Assembly: GCA_032128875.1 (NCBI GenBank)
Contig: JAVLKG010000002.1
Location: forward strand, 224,001-288,000
Reading direction: 5' to 3'
DNA: 64,000 nucleotides
Source: Candidatus Melainabacteria bacterium 17Bon1m
Lineage (GTDB): Bacteria; Cyanobacteriota; Vampirovibrionia; Obscuribacterales; Obscuribacteraceae
Shown here one piece after another: positions 27,211 to 36,995 of the stretch. A model generated the notes under the pieces. That model was given only the letters and a program-made list of their open reading frames with translations, did no database searches and was not told where the DNA came from. Numbering within the stretch: the first letter of the stretch is position 1; every line of letters starts with the position of its first letter. A program made the translations under genes and the position numbers.

Positions 27211-28239
27211 ATGAGTTCTAAACGTTATTCGTCGCTGCTTTTGACTGCTTTGTTTATCAGTTCTACAGCAGCTGCCAACGCCGGTTCTAAGTCCATGCTG
27301 GACCCATACGCCGCCGTTCAAGCGCCTCCCAGCAAGAAACCGAAACCTATCGCTCGCCCGGCACATCAAGATGTGACCGAGTCGACGCATACAACTTATA
27401 TATCGATGCCGATGCCAGCCGAAGAAGCAGCGAAAGCCAATGGCGGTGGCGGAAAGTTCGGCGGGCTCTTTGGTGGCAAGAAAGAAAAAGTTGCCAAGGC
27501 TCCGAAGCCGGAGAAAGTTGCAGAAGCGCCAGCCGAGAAAGGTGATGGCATTGCAGCCAAGTCTCTTGATTCGGTAAAGAGTGCTGGTTCGACCATCGTA
27601 GGCGGCACTAAAGCGGCGGGTTCCAAAATCGCTGAAGGTTCGAAAGTAGTTGGTGGCGGCATTGCCACCGGTGCTAAGAAAGTGGGCGGTGGAATCGCCA
27701 GCGGAGCCAAAGTCTCCGGAGATTATTTGATGAAGGGCGTTCACGCCATCGGTCACGGTTTTAAGGCCACCGGTGAAAAGGTGAAAGACGGCGCCGGATC
27801 TGCAGGCTCTAAAGTTGCCGGGCTTCCCAAACTTCCCAAACTCTGGGGCAAGAAAGGCGGTGGCGGCCAAGAAAAGGCAAAGCAAGAAGCAATCGCCAAA
27901 GCAGTAGCTGAAAGAAAAGCCGCACAGCAAGGCGCTGCGCAACAAGGACAAGAAGTCGCCAAAGATTCAGAATGGAACAGCGATCCAGTAGCTAATGGTG
28001 AATCCAAGCCAGTTCCGATTGCCTCTCCTGGTCAACAAAATACTGTTGGATTCCAGGCACTGCAACAGCAAGCGAGCAGAGGACAGAGTAAAGGCGGCGG
28101 TATCACCGGCGGATTCTCGAAAGCAATCGGCAAGTTGAATCCCTTTGGTGGCAAGTCCAATTCAGCAGTGCACCCTGTAGTTCGCCCGCAATCAATGAAT
28201 CAATCGACTGCGGCAACTCAAGAAGCAATCCCGCAATAA
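27211..28239 (+). CDS. Secreted Gly/Ala/Lys-rich protein with about 11-residue repeats
   Basis: Signal peptide ending ANA; repeats such as GSKIAEGSKVV / GGGIATGAKKV / GGGIASGAKVS. Confidence 0.75.
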   Translation: MSSKRYSSLLLTALFISSTAAANAGSKSMLDPYAAVQAPPSKKPKPIARPAHQDVTESTHTTYISMPMPAEEAAKANGGGGKFGGLFGGKKEKVAKAPKPEKVAEAPAEKGDGIAAKSLDSVKSAGSTIVGGTKAAGSKIAEGSKVVGGGIATGAKKVGGGIASGAKVSGDYLMKGVHAIGHGFKATGEKVKDGAGSAGSKVAGLPKLPKLWGKKGGGGQEKAKQEAIAKAVAERKAAQQGAAQQGQEVAKDSEWNSDPVANGESKPVPIASPGQQNTVGFQALQQQASRGQSKGGGITGGFSKAIGKLNPFGGKSNSAVHPVVRPQSMNQSTAATQEAIPQ

Positions 28240-28291
28240 CGCACTCGACTGCAATCCAAGAGTAGTTCACAGCAAATCTATAGCCAAAAAA

Positions 28292-29254
28292 GTGAAGTCT
28301 CTCGACCAATCACTGGACCATTTGTCCGCGGTTAGAAAGGCAATTCGCCCCACCACCCTTATCCGAAGCCCCAGGCTGGATGAGTTGGTTGGCGCCGAGG
28401 TGCTGATTGCCAGCGAGTCTTTTCAGTACACCGGCAGCTTTAAATTTAGAGCAGCCTATTCGGCAGCTTTTCGTTCGCCCGCTAGTCGCTTGATTGCCGC
28501 TTCTTCAGGCAACTTTGGACAGGCTCTGGCGTATGCCGCCTCCTTGATGAAAAAGGAGGCGATCATCGTCATGCCTGATAATTCAGCTGGGGTTAAGATT
28601 GAGTCTGTGAGGCGGTTTGGCGGGCGGGTTGAACTCGTCGAAACCAAGAAAATAAGCCGCGCTGAAAGAGTCGCACAACTGTCTGCAGAGTATCCTGATG
28701 CCCAGGTGTTGAGCGCTTACGACCACGACGATGTGATTGCCGGAAATTCTACTTTAGGAGCAGAACTGGCTGAGCGTGCCGGCGATTATGATGCGGTGAT
28801 AGTGCCTGTTGGTGGTGGCGGCTTGAGCGCCGGGTTGATCCTTGGAATGCGACAAGCAGGCTCCAATATGGACGTCTATGGTGCAGAACCTCTATTGGCC
28901 AACGATGGGAAACGCTCGCTGGATGCCGGCAAGATCATCGTAAACGAGTCAGAACCGCAGACAATTGCCGATGGTGCACGAACGGTAAGTTTGGGAGAAC
29001 GCAATTGGGCGATATTGCAAAACGGCATCAAAAACATTCTTGAAGTTAAAGAAGAAGAGATTGAAGGTGCTGTCCGCTCCTTGTTCAACCTGGCCAATTT
29101 GAAGTCTGAACCCACGGGCGGATTGGCTCTGGGTGCCGCAGTTGCACATAGGCAACTTTTCCAAGGCAAGCGTATTATCTGCATCGTCAGTGGGGGCAAT
29201 GTCGATACGGAAGTTTTCTTCCGCATTGTTGCGCAAAGCGAGCTGGCATCGTAA
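28292..29254 (+). CDS. PLP-dependent threonine/serine dehydratase family, no ACT domain
   Basis: TGSFKFRAA, ASSGNFGQ, PVGGGGL, TIADG, SGGNVD. Confidence 0.88.
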   Translation: MKSLDQSLDHLSAVRKAIRPTTLIRSPRLDELVGAEVLIASESFQYTGSFKFRAAYSAAFRSPASRLIAASSGNFGQALAYAASLMKKEAIIVMPDNSAGVKIESVRRFGGRVELVETKKISRAERVAQLSAEYPDAQVLSAYDHDDVIAGNSTLGAELAERAGDYDAVIVPVGGGGLSAGLILGMRQAGSNMDVYGAEPLLANDGKRSLDAGKIIVNESEPQTIADGARTVSLGERNWAILQNGIKNILEVKEEEIEGAVRSLFNLANLKSEPTGGLALGAAVAHRQLFQGKRIICIVSGGNVDTEVFFRIVAQSELAS

Positions 29255-29262
29255 GCACCGCT

Positions 29263-29286
29263 GTAGGGGAGCCCCATGTGGCTCCC
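29263..29286 (+). repeat. GTAG-type REP-like palindrome
   Basis: GTAGGGGAGCCCCATGTGGCTCCC, near-identical to the copy at 10321. Confidence 0.8.
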
Positions 29287-29321
29287 TGTCAGGACAGCTC
29301 GGCGCTTCCCGTATTATTCCG

Positions 29322-30089
29322 TTAGCGAATGATTTCGCATTCGGGCAGCCATTTCGTCAATTCGACCATGCCCGGATAAGTAACCAGGGTGCTGCGCAGC
29401 CAGAGTTCTTTCAAGCTGGTCATGCGACACAATTGAGTGACGCCTGCATCTGTCACTTTTGTGCAGTTTAGGCGAAGTACTTTCAAATTCTTCAATGACT
29501 TGAGAGCGCTCAGCCCCTTGTCAGTGATTTTGGTAAAAGACAGCGACAGTGTCTCCAGCGATTGGAGGCGGCCAAGATACTCCAGGGCGCCGTCGCCGAT
29601 GTCCGTGTCGTCCAGCTGGAGTTCTTTCAATTCACCGTAATAGGCAAACAGCGGGGCGGAAATGTTTGTGATTTTTGTCGATGAAAGGTTGATGCGCTTC
29701 AGTTTCGATAGACCTTCCAGAAAATGCATGCCGATGTCGCCGACATCAGTGCAGCTTATATCCAGCTGTCTCAGATGGATCAGGCGCCCAACATGCTCGA
29801 GGTCTTCATCTGTAATCTCAGCTCCCAGAAATGAAACTGAGTGCAGTACGTCATTTTGAACACGAGTCAGAGGCTGGCAACCCAATAGCTCGTCAAAACT
29901 AAAATACAACGCCAATTTAGCGTCGTTTGGCACTTTTACTGGGCCGATTGCCTCACCCAGAAAAGTCGTCGCACCATTGTCGCTCAGGGTATACAGCTCA
30001 CCCAAAGACCTTTCATTCGGAAACTGGATAGTTTTGACGTCTGGAATTGAGGACACCATAGTGAGATCCCGAGGCATTTTTAGTCGCAC
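29322..30089 (-). CDS. Leucine-rich repeat protein
   Basis: 24-residue LxxLxLxxTxI/VTDxG repeats. Confidence 0.88.
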   Translation of the reverse strand: MRLKMPRDLTMVSSIPDVKTIQFPNERSLGELYTLSDNGATTFLGEAIGPVKVPNDAKLALYFSFDELLGCQPLTRVQNDVLHSVSFLGAEITDEDLEHVGRLIHLRQLDISCTDVGDIGMHFLEGLSKLKRINLSSTKITNISAPLFAYYGELKELQLDDTDIGDGALEYLGRLQSLETLSLSFTKITDKGLSALKSLKNLKVLRLNCTKVTDAGVTQLCRMTSLKELWLRSTLVTYPGMVELTKWLPECEIIR

Positions 30090-30378
30090 AGCCTGACACG
30101 TCCGCGTGAACGCAATGAACGTGCCTTTTTATTATTACCCACCCAGTAAATTTTGCATAGGAACGCACCTGGAAAGAAAGTTGTGATCACCCAATTGAGG
30201 GATTCTCGCCGTGGGATTTTACCCTACCTCGTTAGGGTTGTGGCGCCGTAACTCGGTACCTCAAAGACAGCCCAGGACGCCTTTATCGGAAGTCTAGTTC
30301 TTCCGGAAACCGTTCCAAAAACCATTCCAAAAAGTGGTCCGAAAAACAATCGATGAAATTTTCCAACTGCGCTTCAAA

Positions 30379-30415
30379 GAAAAGACACCACAGGTGGTGC
30401 CCGTGGTGTCTTTTC
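30379..30415. terminator. Bidirectional intrinsic terminator-like hairpin
   Basis: GAAAAGACACCAC-N11-GTGGTGTCTTTTC with flanking A and T tracts. Confidence 0.65.
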
Positions 30416-30442
30416 ATTTTAGAGATTTCTACCGCTAACTAA

Positions 30443-30467
30443 TAGGGAAGGCTTTCGCCTCCCCTAC
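30443..30467 (-). terminator. Hairpin just after speD, possibly REP-derived
   Basis: GTAGGGGAGGC-GAAA-GCCTTCCCTA then TTAGTT. Confidence 0.55.
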
Positions 30468-30473
30468 AGATTG

Positions 30474-30899
30474 CTAGACTGAAGCAGCCATTCTTTCGCG
30501 TTCGCTTTCCACGATGCTGCCGGCTCTCGCCAAGCTGCGCGGGAATTCCCGTCCGCGTTGAAGCACTTGCTTCTCTACGGATGTGGGCTTGAAGACGCTC
30601 TTGAAATAATCGATTGCTGCGTCAACATCAAATTCACGGCAAGAGAAAATGTCGAGAGTGACAAATCCCTTATCCGGGAATGTGTGGATGGAGATGTGCG
30701 ACTCGGCGATTAGCACTACGCCGCTTACTCCCCAGTCATCCGGTACTGTACCGGAATATCTGAACACATACGGCGGCATGATCTTAGTCATATCTAGTTG
30801 TGCCGGGTATGCATCCAGCGTTTCGCTAACCAATCCGAGATCTCCGAGAAGATCTTTGGGGCAGCCATACGCTTCGAGAATGAGATGTGGTCCGAACAT
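30474..30899 (-). CDS. speD: S-adenosylmethionine decarboxylase proenzyme (pyruvoyl, class 1B)
   Basis: FGPHLILEAYGC, GVSGVVLIAESHISIHTFP (E|S cleavage site), DIFSC; GAGGGGG RBS. Confidence 0.9.
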   Translation of the reverse strand: MFGPHLILEAYGCPKDLLGDLGLVSETLDAYPAQLDMTKIMPPYVFRYSGTVPDDWGVSGVVLIAESHISIHTFPDKGFVTLDIFSCREFDVDAAIDYFKSVFKPTSVEKQVLQRGREFPRSLARAGSIVESERERMAASV

Positions 30900-31520
30900 G
30901 TTTCTTCCCCCTCTTGTGTGCTCGTTGGTGTGACGAACACGTAGTGGAATCCAGTGTGTCCAGAGCGAGAGCTCTGTGGGGTACACGAAACGCTTACTTA
31001 ACACCAGTGTTGGACTACTTCCTTTCTGGGAGTTGGGCGTTGTTGTGTGGTGCGAGTCGTCCTCCGTTGGGATTAATGACAAATGCGTTTCGCATTCTAC
31101 AAGTAAAAAGTCTGATTTGCACGGAAAATGTTCCCGCCGCAACATTTTCGCTCTTGAGCCCGACAGGCACCAAAGAAGCGCTCCTTGATAAGGTGGTTTT
31201 TTAAGCTCTAAAATCACCACTTGAAGACGCGCTATATATGCCGGTTTTCGACATTTGTTAGTTTTCGTTAATGTTGGGTTTCGCGCGCCATTTTCTCCCT
31301 CCTGCGGGGGAAGTCAGAGGCTGACAGCGTTTCCGTAAGTGTTACGAAGAACGGCTTGGTAAGCCAGTATTGCTAGACCAAGAAAAATTGGCCCAGTCTT
31401 TTTCAAGCCAAGCGGATCAGTTTTGTTTCATCTCTGAGCGCGCAACACTTTTAGCTTGTGCCTGTGAAGACCTGCTTCTGATGCGCGCTTTTGAAGGCGT
31501 CCTTAAGGTTTTGTTCAAAA

Positions 31521-34500
31521 TTAGACTCTCACGCGAGCAATCTTCACCGCGACATTGTCCTTGAAGTTGGAGGTGATGTTATCTGCCAATCGCTGGTCAG
31601 CGGTCACCCAAAACTGGCTTCCCACGAGGATCGAGTGATTCTTTTTGCCTTTCGGGAAATTCAGAATTACCGGATCTTCACCCTTGTGGACATTCAATAT
31701 ATCTTTCAATCGGTGCAAGTCTGCAAAAGTTTGTTCGGAGGAGAACGAGATGCTGACGAGCGAAGCATCAGCTATCAGGCGGACTGAATTGCACATCAGT
31801 GACAAGCCTTCATCGTTTTTCTTCGTCTTCGCTTTTACCAGCAACAAGTTTTGCGGCAGAAGAACATCGGCTGGAATCTTTTCCAACTGTTCGCCGTAGA
31901 TGACGACTTCTCGCGTGCCAAGCAGGTCTTCAAGCTTGACGATACACAGAAGTTTGTTCATCTTTGTGAGCTTCTTTTCTATGCCAGCTGCCAGACCGCC
32001 GACGATGACGTTGCTGCCGTCAGGAAGGTCGTTGAGTTCGACCAGTGTGTGGGTCGTGAGCAGTTTGAGGCGGTTGAAGACTCGTTTGAGCGGGTGGCTG
32101 GTGATGTAGAAACCGAGAAGCTCATGCTCATATCGCTGCAACTCGTGCTCTTGAAACTCTCCGGGATCTCCGCGCAGAGTTTCGTCGACTTTAGCAACGC
32201 CGCTGTCTGCCGCGAAGTTGAAGAGGTTCATCTGTCCGGTCGCGAGTTCAGTCTGTCTGCGCTGTCCGGATTCAACAAGACTGTCGAGATTTTCCAGAGC
32301 TTGTTTGCGCGAAACATTGAGGCTTTGGCAAGCGCCGCACTTGATCAAAGCTTCAAGTGTGCGCTTATTGACGACGCGCAGGTCAATGGTTTCGAGAAAC
32401 TCTTTGATCGACTTATACGGACCTTTATCTTTTCGTTTGGAGACAATTTCTTCTACGGCCGCTTCGCCGACGTTTTTGATCGCCGAGAGTCCGAAGCGAA
32501 TGGACTGACCATCGGCGGTGAAATCCGCACCGGAGACGTTGATGTCCGGCGCAAGGATGTCGATACCTATTGATTGGCACTCGGCAATGTAACCACGTAC
32601 CTTTTCTTGGTCGTCAGCGACACTGGACAGGAGCGCGGTCATGTATTCGACCGGATAGTGCGTCTTCAGCCACGCTGTTTGATAAGTTAGCAGCGAATAT
32701 GCTTGCGAGTGAGATTTGTTGAAGCAGTACTCAGCAAACTGAACCATCGTGTCGAACAGCTCGTTGGCCAATTCAGGAGAGACGGCATTTTTCGCGCAGC
32801 CACTGACGAATATTTCGCGCTGCTTTTCCATCTCTTCGGGCTTTTTCTTACCCATCGCTCGGCGCAGCAAGTCGGCTTGTCCTAAGCTGTAGCCGCCGAG
32901 TTTTTGAGCGATCATCATGATCTGCTCTTGGTATACGATTTGCCCGTAGGTGTCCTTCAAGATTGGCTCGAGGAGCGGTGTCTTGTAGGTGATTTTCATC
33001 CTGCCGTGTTTGCAGTCGATGAATTTGTCGATCATCCCTGAATCGAGAGGACCTGGTCGATACAGTGCAATGAGCGCGGATAAATCTTCCAGGTTGGAAG
33101 GTTTCATATCGCGAGCGACCTGTCGCATCCCTGTTGATGTTTCTAACTGGAATATCCCTGTCAGGTCGCCATTACTTACAGTCGTGTAGACCTTTTCGTC
33201 ATCGAGCGGAATCTTGTCCGGGTCGATATCAATACCTTTTGTCTCTTTGAGGATCTTGATCGCTTTGTCGATCATCGTCAGGTTGCGCAGACCAAGGAAG
33301 TCCATTTTGACGAGCCCAACGTGAGCTACGTCTTCCATGTAGAACTGCGCAATGACCGTTCCGTCATTGTTGCGTTGCAGCGGACAGATTTCTTCCAGTG
33401 GCACGTCGCCAATGACGACGCCGGCTGCGTGCATGCCGAAGGTTTTGTTGCAGCCTTCCAGCTGTTTTGCTACGTCAATGACTTGGCGTGCTTCTTCATT
33501 GGTCGCGTAGACCTTTTTAAAGTCAGGGTGCTCCGCGATCATTTCTTTGAGCGGAGTTGGCTTGCCCCGTACTACCGGGATCATTTTTGCCAGCTTGTTG
33601 GACTCTGCAAATGGGAAATCCAGCACACGTGCGACGTCTTTAATAACCGCTTTCGAGGTCATTCGGTTGAAAGTAATGATCTGCGCGACGTGATCTTGTC
33701 CGTATTTTTCCGCAACGTACTTGATTACTTCTTCCCGGCGTTCGATGCAGAAGTCGGTATCGATATCGGGCATGCTCTTTCTTTCCGGATTGAGGAATCG
33801 CTCGAAGAGCAAGTTGTAGCGAATAGGGTCGATGTTGGTGATACCCAAGCAATACGCGACTAGCGAGCCCGCAGCAGAACCCCGGCCCGGTCCAACTGGA
33901 ATACCTTTGTCACGCGCATATTGAATGAAGTCAGCCACGATAAGGAAGTACGAGGCGAAATTCATGTCCTCGATGACTTTCAACTCGGTGCGGGCGCGGT
34001 GCGTGACCTCATCTGAAAGGTCTTGTCCGTACCGTTCTTTGGCGCCTTCAATTACAAGGTGATTGAGGAAACTTTCGGCCGTGTGTCCGGGCGGCATTGG
34101 AAATACCGGCAGTCGCGGATCGGCCGCCAACTTGACTGTCTCAACTTTGTCGGCAATTTCCAAAGTAGAGCGGAGTGACTCTTCAATGTATTCCGTGTCC
34201 AGGTGGTCACGGAAGAGATAAGCCATCTCGTCGCCATTTTTGATGTACTCCCATCCGGTGAATTTCATCCGGTTTGACTCAGTCACCGATTTGCCCATCT
34301 GAATGCAAAGCAAGCAGTCATGCGCTTGTGCGTCATGCTTATTGGTGAAGTGGCTGTCATTGGTGGCGACGAGTTTGATATTCAACTCGCGCGCCAATTG
34401 AATTAGATAACGATTGGCTTTTCTGTCTTCTACCTGGCCATGGTCTTGAATCTCCAGGTAGTAGTCGTCGCCGAGAACTTCTTTGTACCAGGAGGCGACA

Positions 34501-34970
34501 CGTCTAGCTTCGTCGAATTCGTCTTTAAGGATATATTGGCAAATTTCGGAGCCTAGGCAGCCGGACAGGACAATCAGACCTTCGCGGTTTTCCTCCAGCA
34601 TCTCTTTATTGATGCGGGGCTTGTAGTAATAACCCTCCAGGTGAGCGCGCGTATTGAGCCTGACGAGGTTTTTGTAGCCTTCTTTGTTTTTTGCAATCAT
34701 CGTCAGGTGGTAAAGCGCAGTGCGCTTCGTCTTGTCTTTGATGTTGCCGTCGATGATGTAGCCTTCGCAGCCGATGATGGGCTTGACTCCACCCATTTCT
34801 TTGCACGTCTTGGTTAATTCCACGGCACCATACATGACACCATGGTCCGTAATTGCGACCGCGGGCATATTCTCAGCCTTGGCTTTCTTGACGAGATCTT
34901 TGATCATCGTCGCGCCGTCCAAGAGACTGTATTCAGTATGTAGGTGAAGAGGAACGTATGGACGTGGCAT
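31521..34970 (-). CDS. dnaE: DNA polymerase III alpha subunit, unsplit and intein-free
   Basis: HLHTEYSLLDG PHP domain, GRGSAAGS, PDIDTDF, FNKSH, OB fold; start trimmed to MPRPY. Confidence 0.98.
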   Translation of the reverse strand: MPRPYVPLHLHTEYSLLDGATMIKDLVKKAKAENMPAVAITDHGVMYGAVELTKTCKEMGGVKPIIGCEGYIIDGNIKDKTKRTALYHLTMIAKNKEGYKNLVRLNTRAHLEGYYYKPRINKEMLEENREGLIVLSGCLGSEICQYILKDEFDEARRVASWYKEVLGDDYYLEIQDHGQVEDRKANRYLIQLARELNIKLVATNDSHFTNKHDAQAHDCLLCIQMGKSVTESNRMKFTGWEYIKNGDEMAYLFRDHLDTEYIEESLRSTLEIADKVETVKLAADPRLPVFPMPPGHTAESFLNHLVIEGAKERYGQDLSDEVTHRARTELKVIEDMNFASYFLIVADFIQYARDKGIPVGPGRGSAAGSLVAYCLGITNIDPIRYNLLFERFLNPERKSMPDIDTDFCIERREEVIKYVAEKYGQDHVAQIITFNRMTSKAVIKDVARVLDFPFAESNKLAKMIPVVRGKPTPLKEMIAEHPDFKKVYATNEEARQVIDVAKQLEGCNKTFGMHAAGVVIGDVPLEEICPLQRNNDGTVIAQFYMEDVAHVGLVKMDFLGLRNLTMIDKAIKILKETKGIDIDPDKIPLDDEKVYTTVSNGDLTGIFQLETSTGMRQVARDMKPSNLEDLSALIALYRPGPLDSGMIDKFIDCKHGRMKITYKTPLLEPILKDTYGQIVYQEQIMMIAQKLGGYSLGQADLLRRAMGKKKPEEMEKQREIFVSGCAKNAVSPELANELFDTMVQFAEYCFNKSHSQAYSLLTYQTAWLKTHYPVEYMTALLSSVADDQEKVRGYIAECQSIGIDILAPDINVSGADFTADGQSIRFGLSAIKNVGEAAVEEIVSKRKDKGPYKSIKEFLETIDLRVVNKRTLEALIKCGACQSLNVSRKQALENLDSLVESGQRRQTELATGQMNLFNFAADSGVAKVDETLRGDPGEFQEHELQRYEHELLGFYITSHPLKRVFNRLKLLTTHTLVELNDLPDGSNVIVGGLAAGIEKKLTKMNKLLCIVKLEDLLGTREVVIYGEQLEKIPADVLLPQNLLLVKAKTKKNDEGLSLMCNSVRLIADASLVSISFSSEQTFADLHRLKDILNVHKGEDPVILNFPKGKKNHSILVGSQFWVTADQRLADNITSNFKDNVAVKIARVRV

Positions 34971-35258
34971 CTTCTTATGACTCCTCTCTCTTTGTCGCCA
35001 CCTACTCTGTGCCCGGAAATTTAGTGCTGAAGAGGTTTGCCCGGCACATTTTAAGTGCTGAACGAAATTCTCTGCCGCCTTCGCTGCCGGAAGCCCCGAA
35101 TAGGTGTGCAAAACCTAGCCACTGCGTGACCAGATACTTCTTATTCTACTTTTCTTGACACCGGGCCGCCTATATATCGCCTGTTTATTTCTCCTGCATA
35201 TAAAGACGAAGCCACCCGGCAAAAAGTTCAACGTATATACGGAAGATATACGCAAAGG

Positions 35259-35286
35259 AAAAGGGAGCGTTGGGACGCTCCCTTTT
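35259..35286. terminator. Bidirectional intrinsic terminator
   Basis: AAAAGGGAGCGT-TGGG-ACGCTCCCTTTT. Confidence 0.75.
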
Positions 35287-35334
35287 AACTTTCTCTCTTG
35301 GTTGGGGGGTGCAATTCTTCTCTCGGGCTTGAAG

Positions 35335-35556
35335 TTAGACGAGTACTCCTCGTCCATGTGTGGTGACACGTCCGCGTGATGGACGTTTTACCCCAACGGC
35401 ATTAGTTCTGTGAGCTTCGGCACCTTCGAAGAAAGCGCGGTCGCGAATAATTGCAGCGGTGGTTTCTTCGATTTCTACTTGAGCTATAGCTTGTCTAAAC
35501 CACATGCGTAGACATTCTTTCTCTTCATTTGACAGATCTATGTCGTTGTCGAACAT
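35335..35556 (-). CDS. Small hypothetical protein (about 73 aa)
   Basis: TAAGGAG RBS before ATG; followed by a terminator. Confidence 0.65.
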   Translation of the reverse strand: MFDNDIDLSNEEKECLRMWFRQAIAQVEIEETTAAIIRDRAFFEGAEAHRTNAVGVKRPSRGRVTTHGRGVLV

Positions 35557-35983
35557 ACGCAATCTCCTTATTCGGCCTCAGATCAATAGGAATCTTCTTC
35601 CAGAACTGGGAAGTGATTCTCTTGGCAACCGTGCGGTTTTCTTTTTGCTTCCGCTGGCGATGAAACGATGCCTGACTTTAATGGCATGTCTCTCGAATCC
35701 AAGTTCTCTAGCGGCATACGGCGAGCCGAACTGCAACGCCACCAGAGGTCATATTTGCATTGTATGGGCTTCCAAGGGGTTAGCAATACTTGACATTTTG
35801 TCTTTCGGCTTATAATCAGCTCATCCGAAAATTGAGTATGCGAAGATGCTCTGTTCATGCGGTTCTTTACAGGTGGTATTTTTCGGATTTTCCTGGTGGA
35901 CTGCGCCAGTTTCTGAGTTTCTGCTAAAGAATGACCGCCGAAAACCGGACTGCGTTAATGTTTCGGCTACTCCTAGTGAGTGG

Positions 35984-36958
35984 CTAATACACATATGGAA
36001 CGATTTTCCAGCGTGCGGTAGAGATATCCAGCTGTTCACCATCGCCGGCGAACAGCGCGGCAGACGCTCTTCCATTCAAATACCACTTCATACCCACAAC
36101 AATTCCTGGCAAACTCAAGAGCGGCATCCAGACGTTTTCCACAAGAGAAATGCCACCAATAATGAGCAACCATGCGGAAAGCTCCGGGTATTGAACAAGC
36201 GGCGTAGCAACTACTTTGCCTGATTTCGACTCGCCACGGGGGAGGCTATCGCTCTCTTGCTGCGGAGTTTCCTGCGAATCTTCATTTGTTATATCGCTAG
36301 GCTCTGTCTCTTTTTCGCTTGTTTTATCGACGGTCTTGTGGTGACCCTTGCCGTTTCCATTGCCATTCACGTTGCCGTTCCCGCTGCCATTCCCGGAGCC
36401 ATTGCCGCTCCGTGGCTGGGTAACCTCGACTACTTTCTCGTGGGCTGCGTCCGGTTTGTAGATAAGGCTTAGTCCAAGAAGCAAGCCTCCACATATAAAG
36501 ACCAGCAGTCCAAGCGTCGATACGACCAGTTCCGCTTCGGCAGTGCTCGCAATTTTGGTTGCCGAGATTCGCTTGCATAGTACAGCTGCTGCCGTGTTGA
36601 GTAGGACTGTCGTCTGCAAAAGCAAGAAGGCTTGGTGATTTGCTATGGTCCTCTTAACCAGTCCCAGAGCCTCTTTCCAGTTGCTCGGCGCGGTAATTTT
36701 TTCGATGATGGTTGGTGGGAAATGTGCCGCTGTCTTGTGAGCAGCTCCTGCCGTGATGGCGCCGAAAACGACTGCCAGATTGATCAAAATGCGTTCATTC
36801 CAGGCGAGCACATTTATGTTTTGCAGGGCGCCTCTCGTCATGGCGATCATGGGAAGCGCCACTGTTAGTGCGGCGCAAACGAGCCCGCCAAGAATGCTTC
36901 GCCAATATTTGGCATCATTTATAGATACAAACTTCAATCTTAAGTTCCAGAGTTGCAC
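35984..36958 (-). CDS. Membrane protein with a Gly-Asn repeat and acidic loop
   Basis: Several TM segments; GNGSGNGSGNGNVNGNGNG. Confidence 0.7.
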   Translation of the reverse strand: MQLWNLRLKFVSINDAKYWRSILGGLVCAALTVALPMIAMTRGALQNINVLAWNERILINLAVVFGAITAGAAHKTAAHFPPTIIEKITAPSNWKEALGLVKRTIANHQAFLLLQTTVLLNTAAAVLCKRISATKIASTAEAELVVSTLGLLVFICGGLLLGLSLIYKPDAAHEKVVEVTQPRSGNGSGNGSGNGNVNGNGNGKGHHKTVDKTSEKETEPSDITNEDSQETPQQESDSLPRGESKSGKVVATPLVQYPELSAWLLIIGGISLVENVWMPLLSLPGIVVGMKWYLNGRASAALFAGDGEQLDISTARWKIVPYVY

Positions 36959-36995
36959 ACTAAGTACAGGCTAGCAGCTCAGGGCTTATAGCGCG

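Noticed and set aside
27208-27951. 247-aa minus-strand ORF and similar long antisense ORFs (for example 31851..32573, 52187..52798)
   Set aside because: Shadows of well-supported genes on the opposite strand, with no motifs or RBS.
30900-31220. 107-aa N-terminal extension of speD, or a known SAM riboswitch
   Set aside because: Homology starts at MFGPH with a strong RBS; no SAM-I/II/III consensus recognised. Kept only as a possible regulatory leader.
35583-35858. 91-aa minus-strand ORF
   Set aside because: No clear RBS or motif; overlapped by ORFs of similar size on both strands.
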